In this document: positions 16,076 to 25,645 of the stretch, one piece after another | How positions within the stretch are numbered: position 1 is the stretch's first letter | Layout of the letters: each line of letters begins with the position of its first letter | Origin: a virus | Virus record (IMG/VR): IMGVR_UViG_2721755987_000001 | Location: 1 to 45,869 of that record | Strand: one strand, 5' to 3' | DNA length: 45,869 nt | Made by a program: the position numbers and the translations under genes | The notes under the pieces: generated by a model | What the model was told of the DNA's origin: nothing | What the model saw: only the letters and a program-made list of their open reading frames with translations | Database searches by the model: none

Positions 16076-17595
16076 AGCAAGAATTGATTGAGGAACTGGA
16101 AAGCGCCCTGGAAATCGGGCAAGCGGCGATCGCCGAGTATGCCGCCTATGCTCGCGATCCGGTTGGATTCATTCAGCAGGTGCTGAGTGTCAAGCTGACG
16201 GCTGAGCAGCAGGCGATCGCGCTGTCTGTGCGCGACAACCGAGAGACGAACGTGCAGGCCTCTCACGGCTGCGGCAAGACCTTCCTGGCAGCCTGCCTAG
16301 TGCTGTGGTGGGTGCTGGCGGTTCGTGGTTTGTGCATCACCACAGCACCCACCAAGCGCCAAGTGATTGAGCTGCTGTGGGGCGAAATCCGCAAGGCTCA
16401 CGGGCGGCTGAATCTACCGGGCGATCGCGGGCAAACTTTTCTGCGACTGACTGAGGAAGCTCGCGCCTTTGGCTTTACGGCCTCAGACAACAACTCGAAT
16501 GCCTTCCAGGGCGTGCACCACCCGCGCCTGCTGGTGATTGAGGATGAGGCGTGCGGGATCAGTGCCGACATCGATGAGGGTGCCAGCTCCTGTGCAACCG
16601 GCGCAGAAAACCGCTTCCTGAGAATCGGCAACCCAATCAGCACGGGTGGGCCATTCGAGAAAGCCTGTAGACGCCAGCACATTCGTATCCCGGCCTGGTC
16701 TCACCCAAACGTTGCTTGGGCGTATCAGCAGGGGATGCATCGGCTGAAGCCAGAGGTGGCCGAGGCAATCCTTGACCAGCAGGGCAAGGTGCGGCCTCAG
16801 AGCGAGTGGCCCGATTGGTGCCCTCGCGATCGCATCCCCGGTGCTATCTCAATTTCTTGGATTGAGGAAGCCCGCGCCAAGTACGGCGAAGGCTCAGCCT
16901 ACTGGCAGTCGCGCGTTGAGGGCTTCTTCCCTGAAGACAGCACCCAAAGCATCGTGCCTCGTTCCTGGTGGCTGGCCGCGCGCCGCCGCTACGACGAAGA
17001 TCCTGAGTTTTGGGATAAGCAGGCGGAGATTCATCAGAGCCGCTACGGCTTGGACGTTGCCGACGGCAGCGACGATCACGCCTTGGCTCGCTGGCAGGGC
17101 CCGGTGCTCTACAGCGCGATCGCCATCCCCACCAAAGGCGATCAGGAAGATGTGCCCCGCGCTGCTGGGCTAGCGATCGCCGCACTGAAGGATTTTCCTG
17201 GATCAATCCACGTCGATCGCGGTGGCTGCGGCGCTGGGGCACAGGGGCTGCTGAAAGCGGAGGGCTACAAGTCGCACGGTGTCCATTGGGGTGAAGCACC
17301 TCGCGACCCAGCCCAGTTCCTCAACTCGAAGGCTGAGGACTACTGGACACTGCGGGAGGCATTCCGCAACAACGAGGTGGCGATCGCCCCACTGGGGGAG
17401 TACGAGGAAATGGCGATGGAGGATCTTGCTGGAATTTACTGGGAGCAAACCAGCGTTGGCAAGACCCGCATCGAAGACAAGGCAAAAACTCGCAAGCGGC
17501 TGCATCGATCGCCCAACTTAGGCGATGCGATCGCACTTGGTTTCAGACAGCCCGTTCGCCACCACGTAAAGCGCTCTGGGTTGCCCCTCTACTAG
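16057..17595 (+). CDS. terL: Terminase large subunit
   Basis: Walker A QASHGCGKTF, Walker B LLVIEDEACGI and a downstream IGNP motif. 512 aa, located before the portal gene. Confidence 0.85.
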   Translation: MAAQSLKQELIEELESALEIGQAAIAEYAAYARDPVGFIQQVLSVKLTAEQQAIALSVRDNRETNVQASHGCGKTFLAACLVLWWVLAVRGLCITTAPTKRQVIELLWGEIRKAHGRLNLPGDRGQTFLRLTEEARAFGFTASDNNSNAFQGVHHPRLLVIEDEACGISADIDEGASSCATGAENRFLRIGNPISTGGPFEKACRRQHIRIPAWSHPNVAWAYQQGMHRLKPEVAEAILDQQGKVRPQSEWPDWCPRDRIPGAISISWIEEARAKYGEGSAYWQSRVEGFFPEDSTQSIVPRSWWLAARRRYDEDPEFWDKQAEIHQSRYGLDVADGSDDHALARWQGPVLYSAIAIPTKGDQEDVPRAAGLAIAALKDFPGSIHVDRGGCGAGAQGLLKAEGYKSHGVHWGEAPRDPAQFLNSKAEDYWTLREAFRNNEVAIAPLGEYEEMAMEDLAGIYWEQTSVGKTRIEDKAKTRKRLHRSPNLGDAIALGFRQPVRHHVKRSGLPLY

Positions 17596-17628
17596 TAGGG
17601 AACGCTACGCCAGAGTTGAAGAGTTGCC

Positions 17629-19143
17629 GTGGCGTATTCCTACATCTCTGAGCGGGCCAAACGAACTCCACTGAGGGAGCCGGCCAGCGTCGCACCCAAA
17701 ACCGAACAGAGTTCCCCCGTCGCCGCTCCCTGCATGGTGTATCAGCAGATGCAAGGCTATTGGGCAGTGATTGACTCGGTGAAAGCTGGCACGCAAGCAA
17801 TCCGCGCCAATGGCGAGGCGTATTTGCCCCTGGAGCCTTTTGAAAAGCCTGAAGCCTACGATCGCCGGCTGAAGAAAACGACATTGGCCCCTTGGTATAC
17901 GCGCTTGGTGCGCGGGCTGGTGGGTATGGTGCTGCGTAAGCCGATCGCCCTCGACGTATCAGAACGGGTGAAGGCTGACCTAGACAACGTGAACCTGCTG
18001 GGCGATGACCTCAACAGCTTCGCTCGTGAGGTGTTTGAGGCAGCAATCGACTATGGCTATACCGGGCTGTTTGTCGATTACACCCGCGTTGAGGGGGCAC
18101 AGACCTTGGCGGATGAGCGGGCGATCGCCCCGCGTCCCTATTGGATTCACTACACCGCACCCGAAATCATTGGTTTTCGCTACAGCATCATCGGCAACCG
18201 GCGCGTCTTAACCCAGCTCCGGCTGCTGCTGCACGACATTCAGCCCGATGGCGAGTTTGGCGAGCGGGAGGTTGAGCAGGTCAAGGTTTACGACCTGACA
18301 GAGAACGGCGTGCAGTGGCGGCTGTTCGAGCAGAGCGATGGCAACTGGGAGCAGGTTGATCAAGGCCCGCTGTCGCTGCCTCTGATCCCATTTGCTTTCG
18401 TCTACACGAACAAGAAAAAATCGCTGATCGTGCAGCCGCCCATGCTGGAGGTTGCCTACCTGAATATCAAACACTTCCAGCTCAGCGCTGACCTGGATCA
18501 TGCGCTGCACATTGCTGCCAATCCAAAATTTTGCCTCTTCGGTTATGACCCCGAAAATGGCGACGTGGTGGCGGGCGTGGATGAGGCGCTAATTTTCGAG
18601 AATGCGGCTGGGCGTGCTGAGTGGGTTGCGCCGCCGCCAACCTCTTTCGATGCGCTAGAGCGCCGCATTGACAAAATTGAGCAGCAGATGGCGATACTGG
18701 GGCTTTCCACTCTGGTAAGCCCAAAAAACGTGGCCGAGAGCGCTGAGGCCAAGAAGCTCGATCGCACGCAAGGCGACAGCATCATGGCCGTCGTCGCGCA
18801 GGGGCTGCAAGATGCCTTAGACCTATGCCTGGAGTTTCACGCGGCGTACCTGGGAGAGGCTCCAGGTACGTGCCAGGTGAATCGTGATTACGATGTGGCT
18901 CAACTCGATCCACAGGCGATCGCCGCTTACAGCAATCTGCACAGCAAGAGCCAAATCAGCCTGGAAACGCTGCTGGAGCTGCTGAAACGCGGCGAAGTTT
19001 TCGATGATGAGTTTTCGATCGAGGAAGAGCTGAAGCGGCTAGAGGCGGAATTTCGGCGGGAAGCAGCCGCCGTGACTCAGGAAGGGCTGGAAGCCGCCAT
19101 TGAAAATCCTGAGTCCGGAACTCCGGACGAAGCGGAGGGCTAA
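17629..19143 (+). CDS. Portal protein
   Basis: 504 aa, between terL and the MuF-like gene. The N-terminal pattern YQQMQGYW...GEAYLP...AYDRRLKKTTLAPWYTRLVRGLVGMVLRKP resembles DUF4055-type portals. Confidence 0.75.
   Translation: MAYSYISERAKRTPLREPASVAPKTEQSSPVAAPCMVYQQMQGYWAVIDSVKAGTQAIRANGEAYLPLEPFEKPEAYDRRLKKTTLAPWYTRLVRGLVGMVLRKPIALDVSERVKADLDNVNLLGDDLNSFAREVFEAAIDYGYTGLFVDYTRVEGAQTLADERAIAPRPYWIHYTAPEIIGFRYSIIGNRRVLTQLRLLLHDIQPDGEFGEREVEQVKVYDLTENGVQWRLFEQSDGNWEQVDQGPLSLPLIPFAFVYTNKKKSLIVQPPMLEVAYLNIKHFQLSADLDHALHIAANPKFCLFGYDPENGDVVAGVDEALIFENAAGRAEWVAPPPTSFDALERRIDKIEQQMAILGLSTLVSPKNVAESAEAKKLDRTQGDSIMAVVAQGLQDALDLCLEFHAAYLGEAPGTCQVNRDYDVAQLDPQAIAAYSNLHSKSQISLETLLELLKRGEVFDDEFSIEEELKRLEAEFRREAAAVTQEGLEAAIENPESGTPDEAEG
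19112..19128. repeat. Palindrome-family copy 2 (inside the portal 3' end)
   Basis: AGTCCGGAACTCCGGAC, 17 of 18 positions matching copy 1. Encodes ESGTPDE. Confidence 0.7.
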
Positions 19144-19146
19144 ACT

Positions 19147-20985
19147 GTGCCCACGCCTGGCGATCGCCTAGCTGCCATCGTCGCTCGATATGACACCGCT
19201 CTGAGCGGGGCTGAGGCGGCGACTGTCTCTCGCGTCAATGCGGCTCTAGAAAGCTCCTATCTGCGGCTAGAGAGGCGGCTGCTCGACTCCTATGAGGTTC
19301 ACTCCAGCAACCTCGACTTTCTGCCCAACCAGCGCAAGCTGCTGGTGATGGACGAGGTGAGCAGCCTGCTGAAACTGATCAATCCCAGGCAGGCAGAGCA
19401 GATCCAGGCAAGCTTTGAGGGGCTGCTGCGTACCTCTGATCAGTACGGACGGAGTATGGCTGCCGACCTAGTGAGGGCGATCGCCAATGAGAAGGTGCAG
19501 TCGTTTGCAGCGGTGCCTCTAGAAGCCGTGCGATTTCAGGCGCAAGATGGGCTGCGGCGGCTGAGCAGGCACACCGAAGAATTTGCCAGCCGGGCCAGCG
19601 GCGTGGTGGAGATGGGCCTCGTGCAGGGCTGGGGCGGGCGCAAGGTGGCCACCGAACTGCGGCGGGAGCTGGGCACAACCAAGGGCAAAGCTGAGGCGAT
19701 CGCCCGCACAGAAAGCGTGAGCGCCCTCGACAGCGCCGCCCGTGCCACCTATCAGCGCAATGGGATTTTCTATGTTCAGCGAATTGCGACCCAGGACGCA
19801 CGAGTGTGTCCTACGTGCGCCGCTCGTGCAGGGCGGGTCTACCGTCTGGAGGAAGCGCCTAGTGTGCTGCATCCACGCGATCGCTGCTACAACATGCCCT
19901 ACAAGCCAGAGTGGGTGCAGGCGGGCTTGATTGACGAGCAGTGGATTGTCGATCATGCCGAAGCGGTGCAGGCTGAGGTGCTGAATCGTGGTGAGAAGCT
20001 GAATTTTGGGCTGGCTCCATTCGAGAAGGCGAACAGGCTGGAGAAACCGCCTGAGGCAATTTGGCAGCCCACGATTAACCGGAGGCAGGCGAGACTGCTG
20101 GGAGACGGCACCTACCTGCCAGAGGGCAGCCAAGTGGCCCGTCCCGGCATCCATACGGCGCTGATTGAGCGAGGGCGGGCGGCAGTTGGCACTGACCTGA
20201 TCCAGCAGCTAGAGGAGGCGATCGCCGGAGGTGCGCGAGTTGCCAGCCTGAAGGCTGAGATAGCAAGGCTGGAACCGGAGTTTGATAAGCTCTTCGATAA
20301 AGATCCCAGCGCTGCCTTTAGAAGCGACATAGGAAAGCGCTTAACAGAGCTAGACAAACAGCTCAAAGAGGCGGTAGCAGGTGCTGAGTCTGCCGCTGAA
20401 TTGACGATGGCGCAGATCCGCGCCAAGCTCAAAATCCTTTCTCGCGCTGAGGCTGAGGCGCTAGCAGGCAGGGCAAAGGTGCTGAAATCGGCTGCGAACT
20501 ATGCCGGCGAGGCAAAACTCCGCACGCAACTAGCCGACGTCTACGAAATCACAGGCGGCAAGGGCAGCGATCGCCTCAAGAAAATCAAACTGACCAATGC
20601 CCGCGCTCACGCCGAGCCAGAGGGTGCGCTGAATATTGGCAGAAATCTCTCATGGGAGCGAGAGAGGATTTTCTGGCACGAAATGGGGCACTTCGTTGAA
20701 TACGAATCCGAAGAAATCAGAGCCGCTCTGGAATCTTGGGTTCGAGCTAGAGCCACTGGAGGCTTTCAGCACCTGAATGCCATCACAGGTCAGAGTATCT
20801 GGGATGATGACGAATTTGCCTGGCCAGGCAAATTCGTCGATCCCTACGTGGGCAGGATCTACAGCGATGGCGCGACCGAGGTGCTGAGCATGGGCTTGCA
20901 GCACTTCGTGAATCCGAGCGATATGCTGAAGCTGTATAAGGGCGATCGCGAACATTTCTTCCTCACCATCGGAGCCTTGCGGTGA
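19147..20985 (+). CDS. Head morphogenesis protein (SPP1 gp7 / Mu F family) fused to a C-terminal HEXXH metallopeptidase-like domain
   Basis: MuF signature: ARTESVSALDSAARATYQRNGIFYVQRIATQDARVCPTCAARAGRVY. The C-terminus has WHEMGHF (20677..20691). 612 aa. Confidence 0.8.
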   Translation: MPTPGDRLAAIVARYDTALSGAEAATVSRVNAALESSYLRLERRLLDSYEVHSSNLDFLPNQRKLLVMDEVSSLLKLINPRQAEQIQASFEGLLRTSDQYGRSMAADLVRAIANEKVQSFAAVPLEAVRFQAQDGLRRLSRHTEEFASRASGVVEMGLVQGWGGRKVATELRRELGTTKGKAEAIARTESVSALDSAARATYQRNGIFYVQRIATQDARVCPTCAARAGRVYRLEEAPSVLHPRDRCYNMPYKPEWVQAGLIDEQWIVDHAEAVQAEVLNRGEKLNFGLAPFEKANRLEKPPEAIWQPTINRRQARLLGDGTYLPEGSQVARPGIHTALIERGRAAVGTDLIQQLEEAIAGGARVASLKAEIARLEPEFDKLFDKDPSAAFRSDIGKRLTELDKQLKEAVAGAESAAELTMAQIRAKLKILSRAEAEALAGRAKVLKSAANYAGEAKLRTQLADVYEITGGKGSDRLKKIKLTNARAHAEPEGALNIGRNLSWERERIFWHEMGHFVEYESEEIRAALESWVRARATGGFQHLNAITGQSIWDDDEFAWPGKFVDPYVGRIYSDGATEVLSMGLQHFVNPSDMLKLYKGDREHFFLTIGALR

Positions 20986-21287
20986 TTAAATTTCGGCTGA
21001 AACGCAACATTGAGATCTGGGTTGATTCAGATGATCCAAACCTTGCAGCGCCAATCCAGCACAGCAACCCTTACCCTGAGCTAGCGGATTACACAGAAAC
21101 GCTGCTGCGAACTCTCAGCAGCCAGTACGGGGCTTTTGGGCATCTGATAGGAAACACCACGACCCCAATCGACCTGCACGCCGCCATGAACAAGCCAGAG
21201 ATGGCAGAGTACCGCCCGCAGCTAATCGAGGGGGCTGAGATGGTTCAGATCTACGTCTCAGGAATTCCTGATGGGGCAAAGAGCTGA
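20982..21287 (+). CDS. Hypothetical protein (101 aa) coupled to the MuF-fusion gene
   Basis: The start overlaps the upstream stop (GTGA). Followed by a terminator. Confidence 0.5.
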   Translation: MIKFRLKRNIEIWVDSDDPNLAAPIQHSNPYPELADYTETLLRTLSSQYGAFGHLIGNTTTPIDLHAAMNKPEMAEYRPQLIEGAEMVQIYVSGIPDGAKS

Positions 21288-21300
21288 GAATCGACATGGG

Positions 21301-21325
21301 AACAAAAGGGGTGACTCCTTTTGTT
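21301..21325 (+). terminator. Rho-independent terminator-like hairpin
   Basis: AACAAAAGG-GGTGACT-CCTTTTGTT followed by TGTT. Confidence 0.55.
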
Positions 21326-21332
21326 TGTTCTG

Positions 21333-21959
21333 ATGCGTACCTCTAGATCTCCCCGATGCTTTCGTCGGTTTTATAAAGGTGGTTCAAGTTCTGGCACTGG
21401 CGCTGGCGCTGGCAGCAGCGGAGGTGCAGCGAGTCAGTCGCGCCTGCCTGAGGGTGTTCAGATCTCAGAAGATTCCATAGCTAGGGAATACAGCTTTGAG
21501 CTTGAGGGTAATACAGTTATTCTCAGCATCAATAAACTCACCTCTCCTGGGGAAGTGACTTTTAGTGTGAATGGAAGCCTCGATATCGAGGGCAACCTTT
21601 CTACACGAGCCTCTCTACGGGCCTCCCTAAACCTATTCCGCATCATTGAAGCGGATGCGAGAACGAGAGAGGACGGTTTCTTATACAAAACAAATGCCTG
21701 GACGTTTGACGGAAGCGGAGCTAAGCGAGCGGCTGCTTATGAGCGTGCCGGCTTTAGTCGTCCCGTTAATGGCGAACCGGGACGCGAGCAATATGCCGTT
21801 GTTCGGCGTGGAAGGATAGAGCCTGCTAACGATGTTGTATTGCGAATGGAAAGGACTTTAGGTATAACCCAAGAGTCTGTGAATCGTAATATTGCCGCCG
21901 CTCAAAGGGATCGCAGACTGGAGCGGATACGGCGCAGGCAAAACAGTAGAGAAGACTGA
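21333..21959 (+). CDS. Hypothetical protein (208 aa), weak GNAT-like C-terminal motif
   Basis: Track ORF 21321 trimmed to ATG 21333 because the TTG lies in the terminator stem. G/S-rich linker. DGSGAKRAAAYERAGF recalls an acetyltransferase motif. Lies in a low-GC, HIP1-free island. Confidence 0.5.
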   Translation: MRTSRSPRCFRRFYKGGSSSGTGAGAGSSGGAASQSRLPEGVQISEDSIAREYSFELEGNTVILSINKLTSPGEVTFSVNGSLDIEGNLSTRASLRASLNLFRIIEADARTREDGFLYKTNAWTFDGSGAKRAAAYERAGFSRPVNGEPGREQYAVVRRGRIEPANDVVLRMERTLGITQESVNRNIAAAQRDRRLERIRRRQNSRED

Positions 21960-21974
21960 GGATAGTTTTGTTCT

Positions 21975-22211
21975 ATGGCTGATGAAAACTTAGACGAGTG
22001 GACTAATGAGGATGAGACACTCCTTGATCAACTAGTAAAAGAGTTGATGCGGAGCGATCTTAGCGATCTTGAAATTGATGCCATTCTGGCAAAATACCCG
22101 GCGCATATTGTGGACGAATGTGGTGACATGTGTGGGGCAGTTGTTGCAGGGGCGATCGCCCAAGGTAAGGAAAAGCGCGCAGAGAAAGAATTGGAAGCGG
22201 AAGCGAGCTAA
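21975..22211 (+). CDS. Hypothetical acidic protein (78 aa)
   Basis: ATG ORF in the low-GC island. Confidence 0.45.
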   Translation: MADENLDEWTNEDETLLDQLVKELMRSDLSDLEIDAILAKYPAHIVDECGDMCGAVVAGAIAQGKEKRAEKELEAEAS

Positions 22212-22283
22212 GGCAATCGGAGCAGGCGATCGCCCCTGACAACAGGCAAGCCATTGGCTTGGGAACTATCGGGGTGGAATTGA

Positions 22284-22988
22284 TTGGGGCTTTTCCGCGT
22301 GACACGACGACGGACTGGGAGTGGGTGGACGACTCGTGTCGCCCGCAACTATTACAACCTGAATACTTTTTGTTTCCGGTGGGGGATCAGTTTTTCGGGT
22401 CAATACGACCTGCCTGTGCTTGAGCGCTGCGATCTGGTGCCTGAGAAGCTTTTCCCGTTTGACGAGCGGAACAAGTGGAAGCCGGGCGAGGGGGCGATCC
22501 ACTTCTTCTGTGAGGATTGTGAATTTGAGAATGTGTGGCTGAGGGCAAATCGATTTCCGCATGTGCCCGCTGTCGTGCAGAAGGCGGGTGCGGCGCTGAC
22601 ACCAGATTTCAGCGTGTTTACCGATTTCCCGCTGGCAAGCCAGATCTGGAACGTCTACCGCTCCAGGCTGCTAGGGGCTATCTGGCATCGCCAGGGCGTG
22701 CAGGTGATTCCCTCGGTGGTGTGGGGGCTGCCTGAGTCCTTCTCATGGTGCTTTGACGGACTGCCAACAGGCGGGACGCTTGCTGTATCCACTGGACACG
22801 TATCAGCGCCTGAGGAGAAGGGCTATTTTTTGGCGGGATTTCAAACGATGTGCGATCGCCTCCAGCCGGATACGGTGCTGGTGTATGGGCGGGCACTGAA
22901 AAATGAGCTGGAGGCGCGGCATCCAGCGGTGAAGCGCTACGATTCGCGGCTAACTCAGCTCTACGAACAGCGCCGGAAGGCGGGCTGA
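22284..22988 (+). CDS. DUF4417-like protein
   Basis: IHFFCEDCEFENVW..., LTPDFSVFTDFPLASQIWNVYRSRLLGAIWHRQGVQVIPSVVW and FDGLPTGGTLAVST match my recollection of the DUF4417 pattern. The start codon is uncertain (TTG in the track). Confidence 0.6.
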   Translation: MGLFRVTRRRTGSGWTTRVARNYYNLNTFCFRWGISFSGQYDLPVLERCDLVPEKLFPFDERNKWKPGEGAIHFFCEDCEFENVWLRANRFPHVPAVVQKAGAALTPDFSVFTDFPLASQIWNVYRSRLLGAIWHRQGVQVIPSVVWGLPESFSWCFDGLPTGGTLAVSTGHVSAPEEKGYFLAGFQTMCDRLQPDTVLVYGRALKNELEARHPAVKRYDSRLTQLYEQRRKAG

Positions 22989-22994
22989 AGCGCC

Positions 22995-23038
22995 GCTCCC
23001 TGCCGCTGGCTGCCTCTCGGTGCAGCCAGCGGCAGGGA
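22995..23038. terminator. 18-bp-stem hairpin between convergent genes
   Basis: CTCCCTGCCGCTGGCTGC-8 nt-GCAGCCAGCGGCAGGGAG. No T run on either side. Confidence 0.5.
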
Positions 23039-23042
23039 GATC

Positions 23043-23435
23043 CTAGCCGCTTCGCCGTCGTCGCGGCGGGCGCGGCTGCGTCGCTAGGGTCGCCACTGCC
23101 AGCAGCGCGGCATCGCTGGCGATCGCCCTCTCGTGCAGCTCCTTCGCCTGCTGGATGAGCGCCTCGTGCCGTCGTCGTCGTGCGGTCGGAGCGGGCATCA
23201 CCTCGATGGGGGTCAGGGGTTGGAGGTCAGGGGTTGGAGGCTGGGGTTCGGTCGTCATTTCCGGGGCTGCTGTCGGCTCCGGCTGGGGCTGCTGCTGCCG
23301 TTTCCAGCGCGGGTAGTAGGCAATCAGCAGCAGGGGGAAGCTGGCCAGCGTCAGGAGGGCGATTGCCTCGATGCCCAGCAGCGCGGCGCGGTCGATAGCA
23401 GTCAGGATCAGATCGTTCAGAACTGCGGTAGTCAT
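23043..23435 (-). CDS. Hypothetical membrane protein (130 aa), reverse-oriented moron
   Basis: TM helix LLGIEAIALLTLASFPLLLIAYY, P/Q/T-rich linker, basic C-terminus. It is the only minus-strand gene inside the head module. Confidence 0.5.
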   Translation of the reverse strand: MTTAVLNDLILTAIDRAALLGIEAIALLTLASFPLLLIAYYPRWKRQQQPQPEPTAAPEMTTEPQPPTPDLQPLTPIEVMPAPTARRRRHEALIQQAKELHERAIASDAALLAVATLATQPRPPRRRRSG

Positions 23436-23811
23436 TTTGGTTTTTCCAAGGTTCGGTAGGACATCCCTAGCGTAGGGATGCGATCGCCAAAAATCCGAGT
23501 TGACCCCTCGTTTTTGGGGCTTCCAAAAACCGCTTCACGGAATCTTCAAAAACTTCATCGCAGCTTGATTGAAAAACGATTATTTTCAGCAGGGCTTTTT
23601 TGCGTTTTTGCCCTGCAACTTTCTATGGCAAGTGCCTCAAACGACGAAACGATTAAACCGTTTGGGCGATCGCCGCTATCCCATAAGAAATCCAAAAGCA
23701 AAATTGTTGCGATTCCGTTACACAGTTCTTTCTGGCGGTATTGGGGGGTTGACAGGCAGGTAGGAATCCTACAAGCGATGTATAGAGCGCAATGCGCCGC
23801 CCAATGGGTTT

Positions 23812-24510
23812 ATGGATTTAGAGCAAGCCTTGGCGAAAATCGCCGAACTTGAGACTGAAATCGGTGGATTGAAAGACGAGAAAACTGCCCTGCTCCGCAA
23901 GCGCGACGAGCTGCTGGGCAAGCTGAAAAAATTTCAGAAATTCGAAGCCTACGCTGATTTGGACGTGGAAGAGCTGATCCGAATCAAAGAATCCCAAGCC
24001 AGCGAGATCAAGGCCAAATACGAGTCTGCCTACCAAGCGGACAAAAAGCGACTGGAAGATCGAATCGCCGCCATTGAGGCAGAGCGAAAAGCGGAGGCTG
24101 AAGAGCGGGAGCGGGAGAGGCAACAGGTGCTGGCAGAGCGAATCCGTGCAGCGGCGATCGCCGAATTCTCCAAGCCCGATCACGGCGTGTTCAACGCTGA
24201 TCAACTTTTTCGCTTGGTGGGCGATCGCGTGCGCCTGGACGAACAGGGCAAGCCGGTGGTGGGAGACGAGTACAAAGAGCTGCCGCTCGCTGACTACCTG
24301 AAAGAGCTGCGCTCCGACCCGGACTATCAGAACCAATTCCGAGCCACGGGCGTGACCGGCTCCGGCTCCAGCCCCAGCACGGGCACGGTGAGCGCAGGCA
24401 CAGTGAACCCCTGGAAGAAAGAGACGTTCAACCTGACGCAGCAGGGCAAGATTCTGCGCGAGAATCCTCAGCTCGCCAAGGCGCTGAAGACAGCCGCTGG
24501 GGTTCAGTAA
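23812..24510 (+). CDS. Scaffolding protein (putative)
   Basis: 232 aa, strongly charged coiled coil (LKDEKTALLRKRDELLGKLKKFQKFE...). Lies directly upstream of the capsid gene. Confidence 0.65.
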   Translation: MDLEQALAKIAELETEIGGLKDEKTALLRKRDELLGKLKKFQKFEAYADLDVEELIRIKESQASEIKAKYESAYQADKKRLEDRIAAIEAERKAEAEERERERQQVLAERIRAAAIAEFSKPDHGVFNADQLFRLVGDRVRLDEQGKPVVGDEYKELPLADYLKELRSDPDYQNQFRATGVTGSGSSPSTGTVSAGTVNPWKKETFNLTQQGKILRENPQLAKALKTAAGVQ

Positions 24511-24534
24511 GAGCGAGTTGTTGAGTCCGCATGG

Positions 24535-24560
24535 CCGCCTCTCGAAAGAGGCGGTTTTTT
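24535..24560 (+). terminator. Rho-independent terminator/attenuator between scaffold and capsid genes
   Basis: CCGCCTCT-CGAA-AGAGGCGG followed by TTTTTT. Confidence 0.7.
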
Positions 24561-24655
24561 GTTTGTAGGAACGCTGATGGCGATCGCGCAATGCGCCCGC
24601 CCACAGGCAATGCCGGTTGGGGCGACAAAAAACTACTCTCCAATCAGCAAGAACA

Positions 24656-25633
24656 ATGCCTGCAACAAAATTAGCTGACATTCTAATTCCGGAAATTTGG
24701 GTGCCTTACATGACTATCCGCACCAAAGAGCTATCCGCTCTCTGGTCGGCTGGCATCCTCGACCAGAACGAACAGTACGATCGCCTCGCGGCGGGCGGTG
24801 GCAGCACGGTGCAGATGCCTTTCTTCCAAGATCTAACGGGCAATTCTGAGGTGCTTAGCGACGCAGCCAGCTTGACGATTGGGAAGATTACAGCCACCAA
24901 AGACGTTGCTCACATCCACTACCGAGGCAAGGCCTGGGGCGCGAATGATCTGGCAAAGGCTCTCTCTGGGGCTGACCCGATGGCGGCGATCGCTGACTTG
25001 GTTGCCACTTGGTGGGCACGCGATTTTCAGAAGACACTGCTGTCCAGCCTGAAGGGGATTTTCACCACCACGCTTGCCAGCACTCACGTTCTGGATGTTT
25101 CGATCGCCGATGGCAACGCCGCAACGGCTGCAAACAAAGTCAGCTCTGACAACGTGATCAGCGCCTTCGACAGGCTGGGCGATGCCTCGGCAGACCTGAC
25201 GGCGATCGCCATGCACAGCGCGATCTATCACAACCTGCTGAAGCAAGATGTGATCGAATTCGAGCAGCCATCTGAGCAGGGACAGCCGATTCAGCGCTAC
25301 CTGGGCCGCCGAGTCATCGTCGATGACTCACTGCCCAAGGTGGCAGGCGCAACCAGTGGTTTTGTCTACACCACCTACCTGTTCGGACAGGGGGCGATCG
25401 CCTTCGGCGAGGGCAATCCTGATGAGCCAGTGGAAATGGATCGCGACATCCTGGCTGGCGAGTCCTACCTGGTGAATCGTCGCCACTTCATCCTGCACCC
25501 CAAGGGCGTGAAGTTCACCGGCACGCCCGCTGGTGTCTCTCCCACTAATGCCGAGCTGGAAACCGGCGCGAGCTGGAGCCGTGTTTATGAGATCAAGAAT
25601 GTCCCAATAGTTGCGCTCAGGACAAATGGCTAG
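24656..25633 (+). CDS. Major capsid protein
   Basis: Track ORF 24617 trimmed to ATG 24656 (MPATKLADILIPEIW). 325 aa. Called from its position after the scaffold gene and HK97-fold-type sequence character. Confidence 0.7.
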   Translation: MPATKLADILIPEIWVPYMTIRTKELSALWSAGILDQNEQYDRLAAGGGSTVQMPFFQDLTGNSEVLSDAASLTIGKITATKDVAHIHYRGKAWGANDLAKALSGADPMAAIADLVATWWARDFQKTLLSSLKGIFTTTLASTHVLDVSIADGNAATAANKVSSDNVISAFDRLGDASADLTAIAMHSAIYHNLLKQDVIEFEQPSEQGQPIQRYLGRRVIVDDSLPKVAGATSGFVYTTYLFGQGAIAFGEGNPDEPVEMDRDILAGESYLVNRRHFILHPKGVKFTGTPAGVSPTNAELETGASWSRVYEIKNVPIVALRTNG

Positions 25634-25645
25634 GAGGCACCTCGC

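Noticed and set aside
23818-24681. 287-aa minus-strand ORF opposite the scaffold gene.
   Set aside because: It is antisense to a well-formed coiled-coil scaffold ORF in the canonical position. Repetitive charged-codon DNA stays open on the opposite strand.
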